From Rhodospirillales bacterium (lineage in GTDB: Bacteria; Pseudomonadota; Alphaproteobacteria; Rhodospirillales; Casp-alpha2), in contig JAVJST010000005.1 of NCBI GenBank assembly GCA_040219295.1, forward strand, positions 795,557 to 859,556: 64,000 nucleotides of DNA, read 5' to 3'. The notes beneath the pieces are model-generated. The model did no database searches, had not been told where the DNA came from, and worked only from the letters and a program-made list of their open reading frames with translations. The position numbers and the translations under genes were made by a program. Shown one piece after another: positions 8,056 to 16,492 of this stretch; the stretch's first letter is position 1, and the number at the start of each line of letters is the position of its first letter.

Positions 8056-8706
8056 TCAGGCTGTCTTTCCGGTCGTGTCGTCCGAGCGTCGCCGGGCGAG
8101 GGGATCGAGTGACAGCGCCACGCTTTCGGCGCGCGCCAGCCCCTTGTCGAGGGCCACCATCGTTTTGGCCAGATCGTCACTATCGTCATCCAGCCAGACC
8201 CGCAACGCGTTGGCGTTGACCAGGGCGAGGCCCTTTGCGCGAGCCAAGCCGATCGGGCCGCTGGCGCTCAGCCCGGCGGCCTCAAGCATGCGGCTCATGG
8301 AGCACAGTCCCTGGACGGCAATCGTCGCATGAAGGCCCGGGTCACAGATACCTCCGCACAGGATAGCCCGGACTCCGTCGCGATGGGGGAGGATGGCGTC
8401 AAATCGGGCCATCAGCAGCGCAAACAGCCGGTCACGAACGGTATCGTCATCCGTGAAACCGTCCATCTCCCCGAGCGCCTTGCGGTCGGCCTGTTGAATG
8501 GCCTTGCCGAGCAGCGCGTAACGAGTCGGCGAGACAGCTAGGGCGTCCTTCAAGGAACAACCAGCTTCGTCGGCGATGCCTGACATTGTGAGCTTGCGCC
8601 AACCGTGCCGTTCGGCCGCCGCGAACAGAGCCGCAATCAGTCGTTCGGCTTGATCGGTTTCGGTGCGTCTCGTGGACGATGTCTTGCGTTTGGTCGACTT
8701 CGCCAT
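8056..8706 (-). CDS. TetR/AcrR-family transcriptional regulator
   Basis: N-terminal HTH region (RLIAALFAAAERHGWRKLTMSGIADEAGCSLKDALAVSP) followed by a helical ligand-binding region. Confidence 0.75.
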   Translation of the reverse strand: MAKSTKRKTSSTRRTETDQAERLIAALFAAAERHGWRKLTMSGIADEAGCSLKDALAVSPTRYALLGKAIQQADRKALGEMDGFTDDDTVRDRLFALLMARFDAILPHRDGVRAILCGGICDPGLHATIAVQGLCSMSRMLEAAGLSASGPIGLARAKGLALVNANALRVWLDDDSDDLAKTMVALDKGLARAESVALSLDPLARRRSDDTTGKTA

Positions 8707-8805
8707 CCCTATGGTTTCCCAACGTTTCGGGGTTTCACCATACTATGGGAGCATATGGGGCGCATCGCCGTTGCATCAAGTCGGCGGATGGACTTCCCCG
8801 TGCGA

Positions 8806-9627
8806 TCAGGCGAGTTCGCGCGACCTGTTTGCCGCGGCTTCGACCGCGCGGCTGATGATGTCCTGCCAACCGGAGTTTTGGTCCATGAGGACCGCAAGCG
8901 CTGCCGCCGTCGTGCCACCTGGGCTGGTCACGTTCTGGCGCAGGATCTCCGGTTCGTCGCTGGCCTGATGCATCAGCTCGCCGGCCCCGCACACGGTGGC
9001 CCGGGCGAGTTGTCGGGCCAGGTCGGCCGGCAGGCCGGCTTCCTCACCGGCTTTGGCCAGCGATTCGGTCAGCAGAAACACATAGGCGGGGCCACTGCCG
9101 GAAATCGCCGTGACCGCGTCGATCATTGCCTCGTCCTCGACCCAAGCGACCTCTCCGACTGCCTCGAGCAGTGACGATGCTGTGGTTCGTTGTCCGTCAT
9201 CTACATGGCTGTTGGCAACGCAGACGGTCATTCCCCGGCCAACGGCGGCCGGCGTATTCGGCATGGCACGGATAATCGCGGCCTCGTTACCGAGGCTGCG
9301 TTCGAACGAGGCGATCGACTTTCCGGCTGCAATGGACAGAAACGCGCAGCCCGTCACGGCGAAACGTTGGTAATCGGGCGTGACCGACTCCATGACCTGG
9401 GGTTTGACGGCGAGAATGACGAAGTCGGGGGAAAAGGCTGCTGACAGGTGATCCGCGGACGGAACGGTATCGACACCGAAGTCCGATGCAAGCTGATCGC
9501 GAAGTGTGTTGGCGGGTTCAACGATGCGGACGTTGCCGGCGGGGAGCCCCCGGTCAAGCCAACCTCTCAACATCGCCCCGCCCATTTTGCCGCCACCGAC
9601 AAGCAGCAGGGTCGGATGCTGGGTCAT
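8806..9627 (-). CDS. proC: pyrroline-5-carboxylate reductase
   Basis: MTQHPTLLLVGGGKMGGAMLRGWL (Rossmann fold) ... RAMPNTPAAVGRGMTV ... SGSGPAYVFLLTESL ... VTSPGGTTAAAL. The ATG at 9627 overlaps the stop of the upstream ybjN-like gene by 4 nt. The track start at 9726 is an upstream extension. Confidence 0.9.
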   Translation of the reverse strand: MTQHPTLLLVGGGKMGGAMLRGWLDRGLPAGNVRIVEPANTLRDQLASDFGVDTVPSADHLSAAFSPDFVILAVKPQVMESVTPDYQRFAVTGCAFLSIAAGKSIASFERSLGNEAAIIRAMPNTPAAVGRGMTVCVANSHVDDGQRTTASSLLEAVGEVAWVEDEAMIDAVTAISGSGPAYVFLLTESLAKAGEEAGLPADLARQLARATVCGAGELMHQASDEPEILRQNVTSPGGTTAAALAVLMDQNSGWQDIISRAVEAAANRSRELA

Positions 9628-10127
9628 GCTTCGCCGATCGTCTCGATCAATGCCGCGTCGAGCGCTTCCGGCGCGGTCTTGCCGCCCCAGACGACATACT
9701 GAAACGCCGGGTAGAATCGTTCGCACTCGACGAGCGCGGTTTCAATGAGATCCTCGATCTGTTCGAGTGTCGGCCGCGGCGCACCGCGCAACGGCAACGC
9801 GTGCCGGTACATCGGCAGGCCCTCATCGGACCAGATCGAGAAATGCCCCAGCCACAGACGTTCGTTGACCGATGCCAAAAGCTCGTGGATCGCGGCTTTC
9901 TTCTCGTCGGGGATTCGCATGTCGAACGCACAGGTGAAGTGCATGGCGTCGACCGCGTCGTTCCAGGCGAAATGCAGGCTGTAATCGCACCAGCGGCCCG
10001 GCGCCTGCACGGCGAGTTCTTCGTCGTTGCGCCGGTCGAAGGCCCATTCGTTATATTCGACAAGTTGTTCGATGATATCGAGAGGGTGTTGGTTGGCTGA
10101 TTCACCAGCCGTATTCAAGGTTGGCAT
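9624..10127 (-). CDS. YbjN-domain (sensory transduction regulator-like) protein
   Basis: MPTLNTAGESANQHPLDIIEQLVEYNEWAFDRRNDEELAVQAPGRWCDYSLHFAW...MHFTCAFDMRIP is a YbjN/DUF1821-like pattern. I prefer the start at 10127. Confidence 0.7.
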   Translation of the reverse strand: MPTLNTAGESANQHPLDIIEQLVEYNEWAFDRRNDEELAVQAPGRWCDYSLHFAWNDAVDAMHFTCAFDMRIPDEKKAAIHELLASVNERLWLGHFSIWSDEGLPMYRHALPLRGAPRPTLEQIEDLIETALVECERFYPAFQYVVWGGKTAPEALDAALIETIGEA

Positions 10128-10376
10128 TCCGGTTCCCCTTCGCCATTGCCCCTCTGCCGCACGCATGCCGCGGCAGCTTGATGGGCCAACTGTCGATATC
10201 CACAAAATGTAGTTGCTAACGCAACGGATTGTGAACTCTGCCCAGTCGACTACCAGATATAGCCTGCCACTAGACTGGAATCGGCGCAAGTGCCGACTAC
10301 GTGGCGGTTCGATGAAATTTGTGGAAAAGCCGCGGATAAACGGGGAAAGAACGCTTTCGTTCCGACGCGGCGTGCC

Positions 10377-10748
10377 TCAGGCGTTGCCGCCCTTGGGCTT
10401 GGTGGTCGACTTAGCGGCGCGCTTCGCCGCCCGGTGTTTGGCAGCGGTTTTCTTCGCGGCCGTGGACTTGCCGGCGGTTTTCGCCGTCGCCTTGGGTGCG
10501 GCCTTGCCAAGCTTGGCTTCGAGCGCGGCGAGCCGCTTCTCGAGCAACTCATTCTGTCGGCGCGCTTCGGCGGCCATGGCCTTGACCGCTTCGAACTCGT
10601 CGCGCGGCACGAGGTCGGCGTCACACATGATTCGCTCAACCCGATGTCGGATCATCGCCTCGATCTCGCTCTTCATTCCGCTGAGGGTCGAAACCGCGCC
10701 GTTCGCCACCTTTGCGAGATCTTCAAACAGTCGATTGCTGGTCTGCAT
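10377..10748 (-). CDS. UbiK/BMFP-family accessory factor with a Lys/Ala-rich C-terminal tail
   Basis: N-terminus MQTSNRLFEDLAKVANGAVSTLSGMKSEIEAMIRHRVERIMCDADLVPRDEFEAVKAMAAEARRQNELLEKRL is the UbiK (DUF526) pattern. The last ~45 aa are a KAAPKATAKTAGKSTAAKKTAAKHRAAKRAAK low-complexity region. Confidence 0.75.
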   Translation of the reverse strand: MQTSNRLFEDLAKVANGAVSTLSGMKSEIEAMIRHRVERIMCDADLVPRDEFEAVKAMAAEARRQNELLEKRLAALEAKLGKAAPKATAKTAGKSTAAKKTAAKHRAAKRAAKSTTKPKGGNA

Positions 10749-10852
10749 GGTCGGCTCCCGTGACGAAAAGCTCTTCTGACAATCAATATGGTCTTCCCGT
10801 CGGCGCGCCGCAACCGCTTGCGTTGGCGACAGGGACCAACCTATAAGCAGGC

Positions 10853-11866
10853 ATGAACGCGAGTAACGACAGCTACAAGGGACTTGTCCTGATCACGGGA
10901 GGAGCCGGGTTCATCGGGTCGGTTGCGGCGGCAACCCTCGAGGGTGCCGGTTACGACATCGCCATTTGCGACCGACTGCGGTCGGGCGACAAGTGGCGCA
11001 ATATCGCTAAACGAGATCTTGTGGACATCATTTCGCCGGACAATCTTTTCGACGTTCTCGAGAGCAATCCTGGCGCGTTCGACGCCGTCGTCCATATGGG
11101 GGCGATATCGTCGACGACGGAGACCGACGCGGATCTCATCGTTGATACCAATTTCAAGCTGTCGATGGCGCTCTGGCAGTGGTGTGCCGAGACGGAGACG
11201 CCGTTGATCTATGCGTCGTCAGCGGCGACGTATGGCGATGGCGCCAACGGATTCGATGACGATATCGACCGAGCCGCTTTGGCGAAATTGCGGCCGATGA
11301 ACCCCTATGGCTGGAGCAAACTGCTGTTCGACCGGCGCGTTGCTGCCATGGTCGAGGCCGGGGAGCCGTCGCCGCCGCAGTGGGCGGGGCTGCGTTTCTT
11401 CAATGTTTACGGTCCGAACGAATATCACAAAGGATCCATGCAAAGCGTTGTTTCGCACATCTTCCCCTCGGCGCGCGAGGGAGCCACTGCGCGATTGTTC
11501 GAGTCGCACCACCCCGACTACGAGGACGGCGGCCAGCTGCGCGACTTCGTCTGGGTCGGCGACTGCGCGAAGATGATCCACTGGCTGGTCTCGAATCCGT
11601 CCGTCAGCGGTCTTTTCAACTGCGGGACCGGAAAGGCGCGGTCGTTCCGGGAACTTGCCGAGGCGGTTTACCGCGCGCTGGATTGCGAACCGGAGATCCA
11701 GTATGTGCCGACGCCGGAAGCGATCCGCAATCGTTACCAGTATTTTACCGAAGCCGACATGGCGCGGGCCCGCGCCGCAGGATTCGATCATAAGCCGACT
11801 TCGCTTGAGGACGGCATCACGATGTACGTTCGTGACTATCTCGCAACCGAAGACCCTTACCTCTGA
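10853..11866 (+). CDS. hldD: ADP-L-glycero-D-manno-heptose 6-epimerase
   Basis: ITGGAGFIGS, YASSAATYGDG, FFNVYGPNEYHKGSMQSVVSH, RDFVWVGD, FNCGTGKARSF and RYQYFTEADMARARAAGF align closely to the RfaD/HldD pattern. Confidence 0.85.
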   Translation: MNASNDSYKGLVLITGGAGFIGSVAAATLEGAGYDIAICDRLRSGDKWRNIAKRDLVDIISPDNLFDVLESNPGAFDAVVHMGAISSTTETDADLIVDTNFKLSMALWQWCAETETPLIYASSAATYGDGANGFDDDIDRAALAKLRPMNPYGWSKLLFDRRVAAMVEAGEPSPPQWAGLRFFNVYGPNEYHKGSMQSVVSHIFPSAREGATARLFESHHPDYEDGGQLRDFVWVGDCAKMIHWLVSNPSVSGLFNCGTGKARSFRELAEAVYRALDCEPEIQYVPTPEAIRNRYQYFTEADMARARAAGFDHKPTSLEDGITMYVRDYLATEDPYL

Positions 11867-11884
11867 TCGGGCGGGCTGCGGCCG

Positions 11885-12685
11885 ATGTTCTTCGCCCTGA
11901 GTTTTCCGACCATCGATCCGGTACTGATTGAGATCGGACCCATCGTCGTCCGCTGGTATGCACTTGCCTACCTCGCGGGGCTCCTGATCGGATGGCGCAT
12001 GATGTTGCGCCTGGCCGATGGCTCGGGCGGCGCGCTGACGCGAACGCACGTTGACGACTTTCTCGTCTGGGCGACGTTCGGCGTAATCCTCGGCGGCCGG
12101 ATCGGCTACGCTCTGTTCTACCGGCCCGGGTTCTATCTGGACAATCCGCTTGAGCTACTCGCGGTATGGCAGGGCGGCATGTCGTTTCATGGCGGCATCG
12201 CCGGGGTCGTCGTGGCGGCGCTCTGGTTCGCCCGGCGCCATGATCTGGCCGTGCTGCAGTTCGGAGACATGATCGCCAGGGTCGCGCCCGTCGGTTTGTT
12301 CTTCGGCCGAATCGCCAACTTCGTGAACGCCGAACTCTTCGGTCGTGTCACTGACGCGCCCTGGGGCATGGTTTTTCCGACGGGTGGGCCGCAGCCGCGT
12401 CACCCGAGCCAGCTCTATGAGGCGGCGCTTGAGGGGCTGGCCCTGTTCATTATCATTAACCTGCTTGCCAGGAACGCCCGGGTCCAGGCGAGGCCCGGTA
12501 CCCTGGTCGGCGTCTTCCTGATCGGCTACGGCGTGTTTCGTACGGCGGTCGAGTTCGTTCGCGAGCCGGATGCGCATCTCGGGCTGATTGCCGGTCCGTT
12601 CACCATGGGTCAGGTGCTCTCGCTGCCGATGATCCTCGCCGGGCTGGCGTTCGTCGTCTACGCCAGGCGCCACGTGCGGTCATGA
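11885..12685 (+). CDS. lgt: prolipoprotein diacylglyceryl transferase
   Basis: IEIGPIVVRWYALAYLAG, GGRIGYALFY, GGMSFHGGIAG, GRIANFVNAELFGR and HPSQLYEA are canonical Lgt motifs. Confidence 0.92.
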   Translation: MFFALSFPTIDPVLIEIGPIVVRWYALAYLAGLLIGWRMMLRLADGSGGALTRTHVDDFLVWATFGVILGGRIGYALFYRPGFYLDNPLELLAVWQGGMSFHGGIAGVVVAALWFARRHDLAVLQFGDMIARVAPVGLFFGRIANFVNAELFGRVTDAPWGMVFPTGGPQPRHPSQLYEAALEGLALFIIINLLARNARVQARPGTLVGVFLIGYGVFRTAVEFVREPDAHLGLIAGPFTMGQVLSLPMILAGLAFVVYARRHVRS

Positions 12686-13776
12686 ATCCGCTCGAGGGAC
12701 ATCTCCGTGCCAGGATTGCCAGACAGGGCCCGTTGTCGGTCGAACAGTTCATGGAAGACGCTCTGGGACACCCGGAGTTCGGATACTACATGACCCGGGA
12801 TCCGTTCGGCGGACACGGGGACTTCACCACGGCTCCGGAAGTTTCGCAGATCTTCGGTGAACTGATCGGCGCCTGGTTGGCCAGCGTCTGGCAGGCGATG
12901 GGCGGGCCAAGCCCGATTCAATTGATTGAACTCGGACCCGGTCGCGGGACCCTGATGGCTGATGCGCTGCGCGCGGTTTGCGGTGTACGGGGTTTGCCCG
13001 ACGCCATCCGCGTCGCGCTGGTTGAAACCAGTCCGGTGTTGCGCCGACGCCAGGAACAGACACTTCGCGAATCGGGCATTGGTTCGATCGACTGGTACAA
13101 CGACGTATCGCAGGTGCCGGCAGGAACGAGCCTGATCGTTGCTAACGAGTTCTTCGATGCCTTGCCTGTACGCCAATACGTCGCGCACCGTGGAAACTGG
13201 GTCGAGCGGCGCATCGACACCGACCCGAATGGCGGCGGTCTTGCCTTTGTTCTCGATCACAAACCAGCTAAGCCGCACCTGCCGCCGCCGGGAGTCTCGC
13301 CGACAAGAGACGGCGACATTCTTGAATCGTCGCCTGCGGGCCTGCGTTGCATGCACACGATCGCGGCTCGTCTCGCGGAGTTCGGCGGGGCGGGGCTCGT
13401 TATCGATTACGGTCATGCAACGACGGCGGTCGGGGACACTTTGCAGGCGGTTCGCGGGCATCGCTACGCTCGCGTACTCGATGCGCCCGGTGAACAGGAT
13501 CTCACGGTTCATGTCGATTTTGCGCAGCTTGCCCGGGTTGCCATGGAAGCCGGTGCAACGGTTCACGGTCCGGTCAGCCAGGCAGCCTTCCTGTCCCGGC
13601 TCGGAATTGATATTCGCCTTCAACGGTTGCTGGCGAACGCTCGGGACGATGACGCCGCGGCCGGCCTCGTGGCCGGCGCGCGCCGATTGATCGATGCCAA
13701 ACAGATGGGTGAACTGTTCAAAGTCATGGCCGTGGCAGGTCCCGGCGTGGGTGAACCGGCGGGGTTCGCCGGGTAA
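12682..13776 (+). CDS. class I SAM-dependent methyltransferase, MidA/NDUFAF7 (DUF185) family
   Basis: GDFTTAPEVSQIFGELIGAWL...LIELGPGRGTLMAD...ANEFFDALPVRQ is typical of DUF185. There is a 4-nt overlap with lgt. Confidence 0.8.
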   Translation: MNPLEGHLRARIARQGPLSVEQFMEDALGHPEFGYYMTRDPFGGHGDFTTAPEVSQIFGELIGAWLASVWQAMGGPSPIQLIELGPGRGTLMADALRAVCGVRGLPDAIRVALVETSPVLRRRQEQTLRESGIGSIDWYNDVSQVPAGTSLIVANEFFDALPVRQYVAHRGNWVERRIDTDPNGGGLAFVLDHKPAKPHLPPPGVSPTRDGDILESSPAGLRCMHTIAARLAEFGGAGLVIDYGHATTAVGDTLQAVRGHRYARVLDAPGEQDLTVHVDFAQLARVAMEAGATVHGPVSQAAFLSRLGIDIRLQRLLANARDDDAAAGLVAGARRLIDAKQMGELFKVMAVAGPGVGEPAGFAG

Positions 13777-13847
13777 TCCGGGGCTGTCCGTGCGGCACGG
13801 GAAAACGCGCTCTTTCAAGGCGTGAGTGGCCAAGCTAAAAACGGGCC

Positions 13848-14615
13848 ATGCGTATCCTTTCGGAGATTCTTACGCTCGACGGCATCGATCACGGGTTCTT
13901 CACCCGTGAGGGCGGCGTCAGCGTCGGTTTGTATAAGGGCCTCAACTGCGGTGTCGGATCGGACGACGACCCGGCAGCCGTCTCCCGCAACAGAGCGACC
14001 GTTGAAGAAGAACTGGCGCTTTCGCCGGGCGGTCTCCTGAGCCTCTATCAGATGCATTCCCCGGCGGTGGTGATGGTTGAGGAGCCCTGGACCCAGGCGG
14101 ACAAGCCGGAAGCCGATGCGATGGTCACCGACCGGCCGGGCATCGGGCTCGGTATCCTTGTTGCCGATTGCGCGCCGGTGCTGTTAGCGGACGCCGATGC
14201 CGGCGTGATCGGTGCGGCTCATGCGGGATGGAAAGGCGCCGTCGGCGGTGTGGTCGAGGCGACGGTCGCAGCCATGGAACAACTCGGTGCGGAGACCGGG
14301 CGCATTAGGGCCTCGGTGGGACCCTGTATTCATCAGCCCTCATACGAGGTCGACGACGGTTTCCGGCAACGGTTCGTCGAACTTGATCCGGGCAACGAGA
14401 GATTCTTCGTGACCGGCGGACGTGAGGGCCACCACCAATTCGACCTGCCATCCTTTGTTGCCGAGCGTCTCGTCGTGGCCGGCATCGCGGCGCCGGAGAT
14501 TGTCGATGCCGACACTTATACCGACGAGGACAGGTTTTTCAGTTATCGTCGGGCGACACACCGAGAGGAACCCGATTACGGTCGCAACATTGCCGCGATC
14601 CGGCTGTGCGACTAA
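13848..14615 (+). CDS. pgeF: YfiH/PgeF-family (laccase-domain, peptidoglycan editing factor) protein
   Basis: HGFFTREGGVS, NCG.GSDDD, QMHS, ADAMVT, ADCAPVLLAD and GAAHAGWKG motifs. Confidence 0.85.
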   Translation: MRILSEILTLDGIDHGFFTREGGVSVGLYKGLNCGVGSDDDPAAVSRNRATVEEELALSPGGLLSLYQMHSPAVVMVEEPWTQADKPEADAMVTDRPGIGLGILVADCAPVLLADADAGVIGAAHAGWKGAVGGVVEATVAAMEQLGAETGRIRASVGPCIHQPSYEVDDGFRQRFVELDPGNERFFVTGGREGHHQFDLPSFVAERLVVAGIAAPEIVDADTYTDEDRFFSYRRATHREEPDYGRNIAAIRLCD

Positions 14616-14629
14616 CGAGGGGGAGAGTA

Positions 14630-15781
14630 ATGGCACTGCATTTCAGCGAACAGGAACTAGCCGAACGTCGCGCGCGAGTCTGCGCCAAGATGCAGGCGGA
14701 CGGACTCGACGGTCTGCTGATCTTCCGTCAGGAGACCATGTACTACCTGACCGGTTACGACACGTTCGGCTACGTTTTTTTCCAGTGCCTCTATCTGGGT
14801 GCTGACGGTGTCATGACCCTCCTGACACGGTCGGCCGACCTGCGCCAGGCGCAGCACACCTCGATGATCGGCGATATCCGAATCTGGCCCGATGGTCCCG
14901 ATGCCAATCCGTCTCTCGATTTACGGTCTATTCTCGACGAGCATGGGTGCAAGGGACGAAACCTCGGCGTTGAGTGGGAAGCATACGGACTCACGGCGCG
15001 GAATGGTCAGCGTCTGGCCGCGGCTCTCGATGGGTTCTGTAGGTTGGTCGATGCGTCGGAACTCGTCAGCCGGATCCGTGTGATCAAGTCGCCGGCCGAG
15101 ATCGCCTACGTCCGCCGCGCTGGCGAACTGGCCGATGCCGCCTGGCAGGCCGCCCTTGAGAGCGCGAAACCCGGTACCGATGAAGGCAAGATACTGGCGG
15201 CGATGCAGGGCGCAATTTTCGCGGGCGGCGGTGACTATCCCGGCAACGAGTTCGTCATCGGGTCCGACCGCGATGCGCTCCTGTGCCGATACAAGTCGGG
15301 TCGGCGGGTGATCGGCGAGCAGGATCAACTGACTCTCGAATGGGCCGGGGCCTACCGCCACTATCATGTCGCAATGATGCGGACGCTGTGTTTCGGTGAT
15401 CCGCCGGCGCGGCAGGTCGAACTCTACGAGGCGGCAGCCGAGGCCCTCGAGGCGGTGCGCGGAGCGCTCGTCCCGGGTCGGACCTTCGGCGACGGATTCC
15501 AAGCCCACGCCGACGCGCTCGATGCCCGCGGACTGGCGTCGCATCGGCTCAATGCCTGCGGTTACAGCCTAGGCACCACCTTTGCGCCGAACTGGATGGA
15601 CTGGCCGATGCTTTATGCCGACAATCCCGTCGTCATCGAGCCGGGCATGGTGATTTTCATGCACATGATCATTGCCGACAGTGACGCCGAGTTGGCCATG
15701 ACACTTGGGGAGACGGTCTTGGTCAAGGAAGGCGGGAATGAGCGTCTTTCCTCGGCCAGCCTGGACCTCATAGCCAGATAG
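14630..15781 (+). CDS. M24-family metallopeptidase (creatinase/Xaa-Pro peptidase-like)
   Basis: Creatinase-type N-domain plus a pita-bread C-domain (VIKSPAEIAYVRRAGE...EPGMVIFMHMII). Start at ATG 14630, after GGGGGAGAG. Confidence 0.8.
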   Translation: MALHFSEQELAERRARVCAKMQADGLDGLLIFRQETMYYLTGYDTFGYVFFQCLYLGADGVMTLLTRSADLRQAQHTSMIGDIRIWPDGPDANPSLDLRSILDEHGCKGRNLGVEWEAYGLTARNGQRLAAALDGFCRLVDASELVSRIRVIKSPAEIAYVRRAGELADAAWQAALESAKPGTDEGKILAAMQGAIFAGGGDYPGNEFVIGSDRDALLCRYKSGRRVIGEQDQLTLEWAGAYRHYHVAMMRTLCFGDPPARQVELYEAAAEALEAVRGALVPGRTFGDGFQAHADALDARGLASHRLNACGYSLGTTFAPNWMDWPMLYADNPVVIEPGMVIFMHMIIADSDAELAMTLGETVLVKEGGNERLSSASLDLIAR

Positions 15782-15868
15782 TCGACGGAGCGGGTGGGCC
15801 GCGATGCCCTACTTCTACCTGATCATTGCATTTTCTCTTCTGGCTCTTCTCGGCATGTGCGCCATGAC

Positions 15869-16390
15869 ATGATGGGCTTGCCTTCACCTTTCCGCTTCCT
15901 CGTTTGCATGTGTGTCGCTGCGGTGCTGGCCGGTTGCGCCGCGCCGCCGCCGGCCAAACCCGTCACGCAGACCACGACGATCCGTTCGGATAGTGACGGG
16001 CAGGCAGTGATCATCGCCCGGGGCGAGCCGAAGCTTTGGGTCGACGAAGTTTCAGGCGCCCCCGGCGACGGCAACAAGGCCCTGACCCGCGAGCTGATCC
16101 AATTGATCGACCAGGCGGGACTGACGTTCGCGCGCTCTCCGGGGCTGGCGGACTATTTCGTCACGGCGATCGTCGACGTTTCCGTCATCGACAACCAGCG
16201 GGAAGTGGTCGAGATCGTGTGGCGCATGACGGACAGCGCCGGAACGGAGATCGGGCAGATCAGCCAACGCAACGAGGTTTCGCGAGGTCTCCTGCACCAG
16301 GACTGGGGCGATACCGCGTTCTATGTCGCCCGCGGTGGGCTGGAGGGGGTATTCGCGATTCTCGACAGTCTCGGGCATCCACAACCCTGA
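15869..16390 (+). CDS. lipoprotein with an uncharacterised GAPGDGN domain
   Basis: Signal plus lipobox FLVCMCVAAVLAG|C, then LWVDEVSGAPGDGNKALTRELIQ...EIVWRMTDSAGTEIG. It is a paralogue of the C-terminal domain of the next gene. Confidence 0.7.
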   Translation: MMGLPSPFRFLVCMCVAAVLAGCAAPPPAKPVTQTTTIRSDSDGQAVIIARGEPKLWVDEVSGAPGDGNKALTRELIQLIDQAGLTFARSPGLADYFVTAIVDVSVIDNQREVVEIVWRMTDSAGTEIGQISQRNEVSRGLLHQDWGDTAFYVARGGLEGVFAILDSLGHPQP

Positions 16391-16492
16391 CCGGGCGGCG
16401 GCACGCCGGCGATTGCGGCGGATTTCCCGGGATTACGACCGCTAGGTGATGCCGCTTGCCGTGCTATCCGGCGCTTCGCTACCATCGAAAGG

